Part shown: one piece after another, positions 1-9,218 of the stretch
Numbering within the stretch: the first letter of the stretch is position 1
Layout: each line of letters begins with the position of its first letter
Origin: Nitrospirota bacterium
GTDB lineage: Bacteria > Nitrospirota > JACRHJ01
Direction: 5' to 3'
DNA length: 64,000 nt
NCBI GenBank assembly: GCA_963845245.1
Contig: CAWJRJ010000024.1
Span: forward strand, 96,001 to 160,000
Program-made: the position numbers and the translations under genes
The notes under the pieces: model-generated
The model's input: only the letters and a program-made list of their open reading frames with translations
The model's database searches: none
What the model was told of the DNA's origin: nothing

Positions 1-855
1 ATTGGGCAGGCCTACGAGATAATATTCGTGGACGACGGCTCCACCGACGGCTCGGCCAAGGTGCTTGAAGGCCTGCACGAGAAAGACCCCGACCACGTAT
101 CGGTGTACACTTTCAGGCGCAACTTTGGAAAGAGCGCGGCCCTGGCGACGGGCTTCGAGGCGGCGACAGGCGACTTCGTCATAACGATGGACGCAGACCT
201 CCAGGACGACCCGGCGGAGATACCCAGGCTCCTTGAAAAGCTGGGGGAAGACTGCGACCTCGTATCCGGATGGAAATACCCCAGGCACGACCCGTTTTCA
301 AAACGGATCCCATCGAAGGTGATCAACTGGGCCACCGCAAAGCTGACCGGGGTAAAGATACACGACATGAACTGCGGCCTGAAGGCATACAGGGGCGAGG
401 TGGTAAAGGGCATCTCCCTGTACGGGGAACAGCACCGGTTCATCCCCGCACTTGCCCACGCCAACGGCTACCGCGTGGACGAGATCAAGGTAAAGCACCA
501 TCCGCGCAAGTTCGGACATACAAAGTTCGGGGGGAAGCGGTTCGTGGAAGGCATATTCGACCTGCTGACGGTACTGTTCCTTACGAGGTACATCAGAAAA
601 CCGCTCCATTTCTTCGGCATCGCGGGCCTGGCCCTGCTACTTGCCGGAGGCGGCGCGCTCGCTTACCTTGTGGCTGGCTGGTTCATGGGCCGCTGGATAG
701 GCGACAGGCCTCTCTTCATCCTCTCCGTCCTGCTTCTGATTATTGGCATCCAGTTCATCTCTACCGGGCTACTCGGGGAGATGCTGACATCGCTTACCCA
801 TACACGTAAATCCGGCAACTTACGCAGGGCATTGACCCGACGGGATCCGAAATAA
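1..855 (+). CDS. Glycosyltransferase family 2, polyprenol-phosphate sugar transferase (ArnC/DPM1-like); 5' truncated by the window edge
   Basis: Frame 1 is open from base 1 (YEIIFVDDGSTDGS). Motifs RNFGKSAAL, DADLQDDP, DMNCGLKAYR and HRFIP, plus two C-terminal TM helices. Confidence 0.9.
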   Translation: MGQAYEIIFVDDGSTDGSAKVLEGLHEKDPDHVSVYTFRRNFGKSAALATGFEAATGDFVITMDADLQDDPAEIPRLLEKLGEDCDLVSGWKYPRHDPFSKRIPSKVINWATAKLTGVKIHDMNCGLKAYRGEVVKGISLYGEQHRFIPALAHANGYRVDEIKVKHHPRKFGHTKFGGKRFVEGIFDLLTVLFLTRYIRKPLHFFGIAGLALLLAGGGALAYLVAGWFMGRWIGDRPLFILSVLLLIIGIQFISTGLLGEMLTSLTHTRKSGNLRRALTRRDPK

Positions 856-877
856 CACTGCAACAGGGAGGACGTCT

Positions 878-2464
878 TTGCCTGAGAAAAACAATACATA
901 TAACGCGGCCAGATACATCCCTCTTTTTATCTTCTTGTCGCTCTACTGCTTTTACTGCCTGCTGCTCAGCACACATCTGGACGGATACGAGCGGGGGTAT
1001 TATGCCACGGCACAAAACGCAATACTCCAGCACGAGTTCAACATGGGCGATGCAGGCTTGCCTGCAACAAATGTAATAGAGGGGAAACGCTACGTAGCAT
1101 ACGTCCTGGAGGGCCTGATAGATATCCCGCTGATTGCGGCCGGCATGGTCCTTGATTCCGCCTTTGAACGCATAGGCTTTAACCCCCAGTTAAAGTTTTT
1201 TCTGGCCAAGAGCAGCAATGCAGCCTTCACGGCATTTACAGCCGTGATAGTCTATCTATTCAGCCTGAACATATACAGGAAAGAGAGGCTGTCGGTTGCG
1301 CTGGCCCTTATCTACGGGCTTACCACACTTGCCGTCCCTTATGCTCAGATGGGCATGGACCCTCTACTGGTTTTACTTGCCTTTTGGGGGTTTTACCTTC
1401 TCCGCCGTTGTGCCGAGACAGGCTCCGTACGCAATTTCATCCTGGCCGGGTTCGTGTTTGGGCTGGCAATGGGCACCAAGACATATGCGGCCATACTTTA
1501 TCCCTTCGCCGCACTCTACCTCTTCATGCTCCTGAGGAATAACCCGATACAGGGTCTCCCTGCAAAGCTCGCGCTCGCGGCTGCAGGCGGAATCGTTGGA
1601 CTTGTCCCTTACTTCTGGTACAATTACATCCAGTTCCATGAACTGCTAGCATCAAGCGAACGCGGCTCGTTCGCATCCAAGATATTTGCCTCGCCAAGCC
1701 TGTTCCTCACCATAAGAAACATTTACGGCTCTTTCTTTTCCTTTGGCAAGAGCTTCTTCCTCTACTCGCCTCCCCTTGTGCTTGTCTTCTGGGGTTTCAA
1801 GCATTTTTTCAGCCGGGCTCGCATCGAGGCGTGGGTATTTCTGCTCTTCTCACTTTTCGTGCTCGTCTTGTTCTGCAGCATGGACATCCCCATCTACTGG
1901 GCGGACGAGGTATGGGGGCCAAGGTACTACTTGCTGCTTGTCCCTTTCCTTGTGCTCACCATGGGAGGGATTATCGAAAGGTTCAGTGATTACAGCTATT
2001 TAGAAAAGACCGGATTTTACATCCTCCTGGGGCTCGGCTTCCTGGTGCAACTGCCAGGCAGCCTCGTCTATTACGGCCAACAGACGAACATACTGGAAGC
2101 AAGCAAGCTCTACAGCCTCCAGAACGAGTTTTACATACCTGAACTTTCGCATATCCCGATCAACATCTTTCTTATGTGGGCAAGCCTCGTAAACCGCTTT
2201 ACGGGTGTATTCCCGACCTATTACTACTGGCCGCGCTCGAATATCTATTACAGGCTTAAGTTTGATCCGATTGCCTTAAGCATCGACCCGAACAATGATT
2301 ACATCACGGCCTGGTGGTACCAGATCCTGTCGTACGGCTTCCTGGACAGCCTTTCCTTCTTTCTTGTGGTCCTTGTGGTGCTGACCCTTCTCGCGGGGTT
2401 CGCCTTCTTCGGGATAAAGGCCTGGCGGTCCGCAACAAGGGCCGAGGCCTCACAGGTACTTTAA
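878..2464 (+). CDS. Multi-pass membrane glycosyltransferase, GT-C fold (PMT/ArnT-like)
   Basis: 528 aa with ~11-13 hydrophobic segments and a WGPRY motif. TTG start with a GGGAGG RBS, directly downstream of the GT2 gene. Confidence 0.7.
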   Translation: MPEKNNTYNAARYIPLFIFLSLYCFYCLLLSTHLDGYERGYYATAQNAILQHEFNMGDAGLPATNVIEGKRYVAYVLEGLIDIPLIAAGMVLDSAFERIGFNPQLKFFLAKSSNAAFTAFTAVIVYLFSLNIYRKERLSVALALIYGLTTLAVPYAQMGMDPLLVLLAFWGFYLLRRCAETGSVRNFILAGFVFGLAMGTKTYAAILYPFAALYLFMLLRNNPIQGLPAKLALAAAGGIVGLVPYFWYNYIQFHELLASSERGSFASKIFASPSLFLTIRNIYGSFFSFGKSFFLYSPPLVLVFWGFKHFFSRARIEAWVFLLFSLFVLVLFCSMDIPIYWADEVWGPRYYLLLVPFLVLTMGGIIERFSDYSYLEKTGFYILLGLGFLVQLPGSLVYYGQQTNILEASKLYSLQNEFYIPELSHIPINIFLMWASLVNRFTGVFPTYYYWPRSNIYYRLKFDPIALSIDPNNDYITAWWYQILSYGFLDSLSFFLVVLVVLTLLAGFAFFGIKAWRSATRAEASQVL

Positions 2465-2480
2465 TATAAGAGGTGCAGGC

Positions 2481-3056
2481 ATGAATTTCGCCATACGCAG
2501 CGCATTGTCGGTCATGCTTCTCTTTGCGGCGGCGACCGCATACGCCGACGGAGGCTCTTACGTCGTCAGGCTTACAAACGGCAACGTGCTGACCGCAAAC
2601 TCATACCGCATCGAGCGCGGCCATGTCTACCTGAAATACCCCATCGGAGAGGCCGCTATAAAAGAGTCGCTTGTCCTGTCCATCGAAACCGAGGACGGTA
2701 AAGCAGAGTATTTCCAGAGCAAGGGCGAGCTGGTGAAAAGCGAGCCCAAACCTCCAGAGGTCGGCGCCGGCTCCGTCACCAAACCGTCGATGCCGACACC
2801 GGACGTATCTCTGACCCAAGGCCAGCCAGTCGCACCAGCCAAGCCACAAGCCCCGCAAGACAACCTGTTTCCAGAGGACAACCAGCGCCCGGAGGACCGC
2901 AAACCCGTGCCCGCCACGGTGACACAGCAGACCGCGAATGTAGACAAGTTCGTCGACGACTACTTCTCCGCCGACGAGAAAACGCAGGCTGTTATGGACC
3001 AGAACATCGACGACATATTCTCGGGCTTCTTCGAGGAACCGCCTGCTGGTAAATAG
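2481..3056 (+). CDS. Hypothetical exported protein with a Pro-rich linker
   Basis: Signal peptide ending AYA, a small beta domain (VRLTNGNVL), a P/Q-rich middle and a GAGG RBS. Confidence 0.7.
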   Translation: MNFAIRSALSVMLLFAAATAYADGGSYVVRLTNGNVLTANSYRIERGHVYLKYPIGEAAIKESLVLSIETEDGKAEYFQSKGELVKSEPKPPEVGAGSVTKPSMPTPDVSLTQGQPVAPAKPQAPQDNLFPEDNQRPEDRKPVPATVTQQTANVDKFVDDYFSADEKTQAVMDQNIDDIFSGFFEEPPAGK

Positions 3057-3076
3057 CATTGGAATTTAAATGAGTC

Positions 3077-3109
3077 TTTTAAGGCCTGGGCTATCCCCGG
3101 GCCTTTTTT
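3077..3109. terminator. Probable bidirectional intrinsic terminator
   Basis: AAGGCCTGGG-loop-CCCGGGCCTT hairpin followed by a T-run, between convergent genes. Confidence 0.7.
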
Positions 3110-3110
3110 G

Positions 3111-3494
3111 TTACAGGATGGACAACACGGTAAGGACGACGGTTGACAAAAGCAGGAAGGCTGCGATGGCCGCCGAGGGAAGCCTGTCCCGGAGCCTGCG
3201 GGATTTAGTCTTCTCCATGAACGGCAGGGCGAACATGAGATATAGCGCGGCGCAGGGTATGGCCACCACGCCTAGGAATGCGGTTTTTCCGGGGAAGTAC
3301 TTCAGGAGCTGATAGAGCGACAGGAAGTACCACTCCGGCAGCGGCATGAAGTTGCGTGAGAAGTCAACGGGCCTTCCCGTGTGCGGCGCAAACAGGAACG
3401 ACAGCAACAGTACCACCTCAAGCACTACAAGGCAGACGACCAGTATCTCGAACAGGTAGTCGGGATAGAATTTTTTATCTATGTTAAGTTTCAT
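3111..3494 (-). CDS. Cytochrome b6 subunit IV-like (C-terminal part of a split cytochrome b)
   Basis: PEWYFL Qo-site motif and 3 TM helices. Overlaps the stop of the cytochrome b6 gene. Confidence 0.85.
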   Translation of the reverse strand: MKLNIDKKFYPDYLFEILVVCLVVLEVVLLLSFLFAPHTGRPVDFSRNFMPLPEWYFLSLYQLLKYFPGKTAFLGVVAIPCAALYLMFALPFMEKTKSRRLRDRLPSAAIAAFLLLSTVVLTVLSIL

Positions 3495-4135
3495 AGCCCC
3501 CCGCTTATCCCCTGCCTGCGTATCATATGGAAATGCGCCCAGAGCAGAAGTATCGTAACCGTGGGCATGAGGTACACGTGCATCACGTAGAACCGCAGAA
3601 GCGTTATGCCTGAGACGTCCTCGCCGCCGCGGATAAGCTTAACCAGCCATTCGCCTATGAGCGGCGTAGTGCCGGGCATCGCGGTGCCGACGGTCGTGGC
3701 CCAGTAGGCCTTCTGATCCCACGGCAGCAGATACCCCGAGAACCCGAAGGCCATCGTCAGCACGAAGAGGGCCATACCCACTAACCAGTTGAACTCGCGC
3801 GGGGCCTTGTACGAGCCGGTGATGTACACCCGGAGCATGTGGGCGACGCATGTCGCCACCATCCCGGACGCGGCCCATATGTGCGCTGAACGCATAAGCC
3901 AGCCCATCGGGATGTTCTCGTCGATGTTCCTTATGGAGGCGTACGCCTCAAGCTTTGACGGGATGTAATAGAACGAGAGGACGATTCCCGTGAAGGTGAG
4001 TATCAGGAACAGGAAGAAGGTCATCCCGCCGAGGCAGTAGAAATAGGTGACGCCCTCCGGGAGCTTGCGCTCGAAGATCCGCTTGTAGTGCCGCTCAAGC
4101 GAGAGCCGCTCGGATATGGTTTCAAGCATCCCCAT
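3491..4135 (-). CDS. petB: Cytochrome b6 (N-terminal cytochrome b of a Rieske/cyt b complex)
   Basis: Motifs YCLGG, RSAHIWAAS, HMLRV, GYLLPWDQKAYWA and the HVYL...HFH heme b ligands. Confidence 0.9.
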   Translation of the reverse strand: MGMLETISERLSLERHYKRIFERKLPEGVTYFYCLGGMTFFLFLILTFTGIVLSFYYIPSKLEAYASIRNIDENIPMGWLMRSAHIWAASGMVATCVAHMLRVYITGSYKAPREFNWLVGMALFVLTMAFGFSGYLLPWDQKAYWATTVGTAMPGTTPLIGEWLVKLIRGGEDVSGITLLRFYVMHVYLMPTVTILLLWAHFHMIRRQGISGGL

Positions 4136-4136
4136 G

Positions 4137-4634
4137 CTAAACCTTCAACCCCACCTGGACCTTGTTGCCCAAAATGCGCACCGGCAGCCTTGTGAGCGGC
4201 GCGGGCGGCGGCCCGGCTATCACCCTGCCGTCCGTGTCGTAGCGTCCTCCGTGGCAGGGGCAGATGAACTCTTTCTTGATATTGCTGTAGTTGACAAGGC
4301 AGCCCAGGTGCGAGCAGATTGCCGAGAACGCGATAAGCGCGCCGCCCGGGTCCCGCCGCAGGAATATTCGGGTGTCCGGCCTGTCCCCGCCGCGTATGTT
4401 AAGCTCCACCTTCTTCATCCCCGATTCCGGCATGTCGTCAAGTGGGATGGCATCGAAATAAACGAGCTTTTTCCCGGCCGTCTTACGCTCTGCAAGCTCG
4501 ACCAGCGGATATAGAAACGCGCCCGCGATTATGCCCGCAATGCCTAGAATGCCCCAGGAGATGAACTTCCTGCGGGAGGCAGTGCGGGTTGTGTCTTCAG
4601 GTGTGGTGTCGTTATTCGTAGCGTTTGACTTCAA
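4137..4634 (-). CDS. Rieske 2Fe-2S protein (Tat-exported)
   Basis: Twin-arginine signal SRRKFI plus the CSHLGC and CPCHGGRY Rieske boxes. Confidence 0.92.
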   Translation of the reverse strand: MKSNATNNDTTPEDTTRTASRRKFISWGILGIAGIIAGAFLYPLVELAERKTAGKKLVYFDAIPLDDMPESGMKKVELNIRGGDRPDTRIFLRRDPGGALIAFSAICSHLGCLVNYSNIKKEFICPCHGGRYDTDGRVIAGPPPAPLTRLPVRILGNKVQVGLKV

Positions 4635-5136
4635 AGCGGTAGATGCTCACCGGTTCGGTCATGTCTATCCCGGCCTTCCTCTTGGCGATGGCGAGCTGGT
4701 CGTCCACGGTATCCACGCCTTCGAGGTCGGGAAGCAGGAGCCCCTTGCGGAAACCCGATTGGACTATCACCCCGTACCTCTTGGGGTCGAGTTCCCTGAC
4801 GCTTTTAACCGGCTCGGGAGTGGAGAGTACGTCCACGGAATAAACGAGGTGGTCGAGCTCTTCTTTGCTGACGCGGCAGAATCGCGGGTCCTCGCATGCC
4901 GCCGAAATCGCATTCTTTATGACTTCTTCGGCGACGGAATTCCTGGTCGGCATGAAAGTGCCTATGCAGCCCCGCAGCTCGCCGTCCTTCTTTACGCAAA
5001 CGAATACGCCCGCCTTCTCCTGCATCTCGGGGGTGAGCGCCTCGGGCGGGTCGACCGTCCTGCCTTCCCTGACGTAGGATTCGACCGACTTCTTCGCCAG
5101 TTCCACCAGCGGGTGGTGCCCCTTGGGCTCCGTCAC
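4612..5136 (-). CDS. AMMECR1 domain protein (AmmeMemoRadiSam system protein A)
   Basis: LRGCIG signature, EDPRF, SVDVL and GLLLPD. Confidence 0.9.
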   Translation of the reverse strand: MTEPKGHHPLVELAKKSVESYVREGRTVDPPEALTPEMQEKAGVFVCVKKDGELRGCIGTFMPTRNSVAEEVIKNAISAACEDPRFCRVSKEELDHLVYSVDVLSTPEPVKSVRELDPKRYGVIVQSGFRKGLLLPDLEGVDTVDDQLAIAKRKAGIDMTEPVSIYRFEVKRYE

Positions 5137-6110
5137 ATATCCCTCTCGATCACATAATCGGCAACTGCATATAGCGCGTCTTTGTGGCGGGATTCCGGGA
5201 ACACGGAAAGCCTGGCCTTCGCCCGCTCCACATGGCTCGTGGCCCGACCTACGGCGTATTCTATGGAGTGATATTTTCCCATAAGTTCAAGGATATAATC
5301 GAGGTCGGAGGGATTCTCGGACTGGTCTGTTATTATCTTCTTTACGCGAATAGACTCTTCGTGGTCGCTTTTATTGACGAGATGGATGAGCGGCAGGGTA
5401 AGCTTGCCTTCGCCCAGGTCCTTCCCGAGCACCTTGCCGAGCTTGTCCTGGCTTGCGGTGTAATCCAGGGTATCGTCCAGCAGTTGAAACGCATAGCCGA
5501 CGTCCATGCCGTAGCCAGCCAGCGCCTCCTCCTTGTCGGGGGTCACGCCTCCGAGTATCGCGCCTATGCGGCAGGCCGAGGAGATAAGCGCGGCCGTCTT
5601 TGCCTCTATGACCTCAAGGTACTCGTCTTCGGTGATATCCGGGTCGCCGGTGCGCAGAAGCTGGAGCACCTCGCCTTCCGACATGGTCTTGGTCGCGGCC
5701 GAAATGGAGTCGAGTACGCGGTGGTTCTCAAGCTGGACAGAGTCGTGTAGGGCCTTGGAGTAGAGGTAGTCGCCCACGAGCACGGTCGCCTGGTTGCCCC
5801 AGAGGCTGTTTGCTGAGGCCCGGCCCCGGCGCACGTCCGCCCCGTCCACCACGTCGTCGTGGAGCAGGCTCGCGGTGTGGATGAACTCCACCATGGCGGC
5901 CATGCGGACAGCCTCTGGGCCGGGGTTTCCGGTAGAGGTTGGCCGATATCATCAGGAGCAGGGGCCTGATCCGCTTACCGCCCCCCATGGAGGAGGTAGT
6001 TTGCGACCTGTTTTATCAGGACTGCCCTGGAGTCAAGGCTCGACCTGTATCTGGGTTTCCACCAGTTTCAGGTCTTCCCTGTAGCTCTCCAATACATCGG
6101 TAATCGTCAT
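5133..6110 (-). CDS. Polyprenyl diphosphate synthase (IspB/HepT-like); frameshifted near the 5' end
   Basis: FARM HDDVVD...RRG and SARM FQLLDD. N-terminal pieces [10 protein letters not shown] (from 6110) and [10 protein letters not shown] lie in different frames. Confidence 0.85.
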
Positions 6111-6192
6111 ATAAAATTGCCGCGCAATGTTTGTTAAGGGGGTCTTGAATATGCCTGCCCAAGGCTTGGGAAAAGGGCGTAAACTATCGTTG

Positions 6193-6221
6193 ATAATAGG
6201 TTAGTGCCGGTTTTTTGTCAA
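6193..6221 (-). promoter_or_regulatory. sigma70-type promoter for the polyprenyl synthase-AMMECR1-Rieske/cyt b operon
   Basis: Minus strand TTGACA-17 nt-TATTAT. Confidence 0.65.
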
Positions 6222-6223
6222 GT

Positions 6224-6493
6224 TTATTTTTCCCTCGCATGCCCCAGTATCTGCCTTACGCGCACAGAGGTCAGATGGTGTTTTTTTGCAAGCTGCGGTA
6301 TGTTCGCACCTGTGAACTCGCGGTGGATGTTCTGGTTGCGCCAGCCCCTCAGGGCAGTCTCGATCTTTGGGAGGTAAAGGCTCATACCCCCGAACTCCCT
6401 GCCCAGTGCAAGGGCAGCCTCCAGGCCTAGTATCTGTGCAATATCCTGGTAGATCTCCGGCAACATCATTACAGGGACTTCTTCGGCTTTCAT
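6224..6493 (-). CDS. Mor/C-family transcription activator
   Basis: LGREFGGMSLYLPK...RNQNIHREFTGANIPQLAKKHHLTSVRVRQIL matches the Mu Mor family pattern. GGGAGG RBS. Confidence 0.8.
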   Translation of the reverse strand: MKAEEVPVMMLPEIYQDIAQILGLEAALALGREFGGMSLYLPKIETALRGWRNQNIHREFTGANIPQLAKKHHLTSVRVRQILGHAREK

Positions 6494-6545
6494 GTTACTA
6501 CCTCCCGATGCGTAAGACTAAAATAAATAAATTTGTATAAACCGG

Positions 6546-6574
6546 ATTATAATGTATAATATTTACGCTGTCAA
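6546..6574 (-). promoter_or_regulatory. Perfect-consensus sigma70 promoter for the Mor-family gene
   Basis: Minus strand TTGACA-17 nt-TATAAT. Confidence 0.75.
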
Positions 6575-6597
6575 TACAAAATGCAACTATTGTTTGC

Positions 6598-6626
6598 TTG
6601 ACATCTAATTTGGAAAGACTTAAGCT
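6598..6626 (+). promoter_or_regulatory. sigma70-type promoter for the PP2C-TMTC-glnE genes
   Basis: TTGACA-17 nt-TAAGCT, divergent from the Mor promoter. Confidence 0.6.
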
Positions 6627-6663
6627 TATAAAGCTGTGAATTTAAAGGGGAGGGTCTTCTGTT

Positions 6664-7425
6664 TTGAATATTCTTGCCAGGGGCGGCACCGACATTGGCC
6701 GCAAAAGGGCCCTGAACGAGGACTGCTACGGGATTTTTGATGAGCTTGGCCTGTTCGTGGTGGCAGACGGGATGGGAGGGCATGCTGCCGGGGAGGTTGC
6801 AAGCCGTGCCGCTGTTGATACCCTGAGGGATTTCATAGCCGCCACCAGGGAACCTGACGAAGCGACCTGGCCCTTCCAGCTTGACAGCGAGCTGCCCCGT
6901 GCCGCAAACCGGCTAATATCCGGCATTAAGCTTGCCAACCAGGCCATAAACAAGTCATCCCAGGAGAGCCTTGACAAGAAGGGCATGGGGACCACCATTG
7001 TGGCTGCCATAGTCGAAGGCGACGAGCTCTTCCTTGCGCATGTGGGCGATTCAAGGGCCTACCTTTTTTCAAACGGGATGATACGCAGGATAACCTCTGA
7101 CCACTCCTATGTGGAAGAGATGGTGCTGGCCGGCCACATCACCCTGGACCAGGCGCGCGTGCATCCGATGAGGAACATCATCACGCGGGCGCTCGGCACC
7201 AAAGCGGACGTCGCCGTGGATTTGAGCAGACACCACCCATCCCCAGGCGACATATACCTCCTTTGCAGCGACGGCCTGTCCGGGATGCTGACCGACGGCG
7301 AGATAGCCCGAATAATAAGCGACAATACCGCTGACATCTCCGCCTGTATCGATGGACTGATTAAAGGTGCAAACGAGAAGGGCGGGGACGACAACATAAC
7401 CGCCATACTTTTGAAGGCGTTTTGA
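6664..7425 (+). CDS. Stp1/IreP-family PP2C Ser/Thr protein phosphatase
   Basis: Motifs NED, VADGMGGHAAGEVAS, GMGTT, HVGDSRAY, CSDGL and GGDDNIT. Confidence 0.95.
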   Translation: MNILARGGTDIGRKRALNEDCYGIFDELGLFVVADGMGGHAAGEVASRAAVDTLRDFIAATREPDEATWPFQLDSELPRAANRLISGIKLANQAINKSSQESLDKKGMGTTIVAAIVEGDELFLAHVGDSRAYLFSNGMIRRITSDHSYVEEMVLAGHITLDQARVHPMRNIITRALGTKADVAVDLSRHHPSPGDIYLLCSDGLSGMLTDGEIARIISDNTADISACIDGLIKGANEKGGDDNITAILLKAF

Positions 7426-7476
7426 GTTTTCTGTAAAATAACCCGAAAACAACTGCCTTTTCAAGCAAAGAGGTTA

Positions 7477-9217
7477 ATGTTCTCCCTTAAAGGAACCACA
7501 GGCTGGGGACAGGAAAAGAGGGACACGGCTGCCTTCCTCCTTATTGCGGCGATAATAAGTATCTCATACCTGCAGGCAATCTCCTACGGATTCATAACCG
7601 ACGACTTCGGCCTTGTCGTAAACAACCCCAATATCAAATCCTGGTCCAGCATAGGACATATTTTCTCTTCCGGTTATTGGGACTCTGCGGGCTGCACGCG
7701 TGGGCTTTACAGGCCGCTTGCAATACTTTCCTTTCTAGTTGAGTATTCCATCTTCGGGCTGAACCCTGCCGTTTACCATCTCGACAACATCGTCCTGCAC
7801 CTGGCGGCCTCGGTCCTCTGCTACCTGCTGCTGAAAGAGGTCTTCAAGGATTCGCTGGTCCCGCTGTACTCCGCACTGCTTTTTGCAGCACACCCGGTCC
7901 ACACGGAGGCGGTGACATGGGTATCAGGAAGGGCAGAACTCCTGGCCGCAGTCCTCTCCCTAATTTCCATGTACATCTTCATTAAGAGACGCGGAAACAT
8001 CTTTTTTCTTTTTCTTTCCTTGCTGACTTTCTTCCTGGCCTTGCTCACCAAAGAGTCCTCTGCGACGGTCCCGCTGCTTTTGACACTTTACCTTTTGATT
8101 ATTGAACAAAAAAGAAAATGGACAGGTTATATAGGTACCGTTATGCCCTATTTTGCCGTCCTCGCGGTATTCCTGGTCCTGAAGTATAGGGTCATCGGCA
8201 CATTGGGCCCGCAGAGGTGGGACCAGGCGTTCTGGGGTATGCCTCTGGGGCAGCGGTTTCTTACCATGTGCGTTGCCTTGTACGAGTACATACGGCTCGG
8301 CTTCCTGCCTTTTGACCTCAAGGCGGACTATATCTTTCCTCCGCCAGATTCCTTCATGCACCCGAAAGTCATTTTTATATTTATGATTGTTGTGCTGCTC
8401 GCCGTATTCGCCCGCAGGCTGGCCCAGGCTTCGAGGCCCGCGTTATTTGCTGCCCTATGGTTCTTCGCAGCCCTAGCCCCGGTATCTAATATCATCCCAG
8501 CTGGTATAATAATGTCTGAAAGGGCGATGTACATGCCGTCTCTTGGAAGCTGCATACTTCTTGGCATGTTGGTGTCAGGCACGGCCGGTACTATTACCAG
8601 CAAGCGGCTCCCGGCATATTACCAGCATCTTCTGGTGGCCGCCATGCTTATCCTTTTTGTTGTATCCACAACTTCGAGGAACGGCGTCTGGCACAACCAG
8701 GAGAGTTTTATCACGACCTATTTATCCATGCTGCAAAATGGGGAGAAGGAACATCCCGGACATGCACCGCTGTACAAAGAAGAGGCCCGGATACGCACAA
8801 GGTACCTGGACAGCGGCCCGGAAACCATGAGGGCGGTACGGCAGGCAATAATGCGGTCCGGCCCCGATTTCGAACTTCATGCAATGCTTTCCGGACTGTA
8901 CTCCCAGAAGGGGATGGATGAGGCCGCACTTTCGGAGATTCGGGAAGCGATCCGTCTTTACCCGCAGAGCTATTACTTCGACTATGAAGGGGACCATCCT
9001 GTCGCGGCTGGGAAGGTTGTCAGAAGCCTTGCAATCAGTCGATACCGCTATCAGGCTGAACGCGCGCGAAGCGCAGTTCCACATAGACAGGAAAGAGATA
9101 CTTTTAAGTTTAGGGCGGAAAGAGGAGGCCCTTGAAGAATTAAGCATTGCACACAGGCTCGACCCTGACATTAGTGAGAACGCCACAATGGGCAACGAAC
9201 CCGGGCTTTGCCGTTAA
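7477..9217 (+). CDS. TMTC-like (DUF1736) membrane glycosyltransferase with C-terminal TPRs; frameshift near 8990
   Basis: Motifs DD, YRPL, HPVHTEAVTWVSGR, KES and ERAMYMPS. The TPR tail continues in ORF 8879..9217 (GTILSRLGRLSEAL...). Confidence 0.8.
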
Positions 9218-9218
9218 A

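Noticed and set aside
6224..6493. Mu-like prophage suggested by the Mor gene
   Set aside because: There is no transposase, structural or other phage gene in the flanks.
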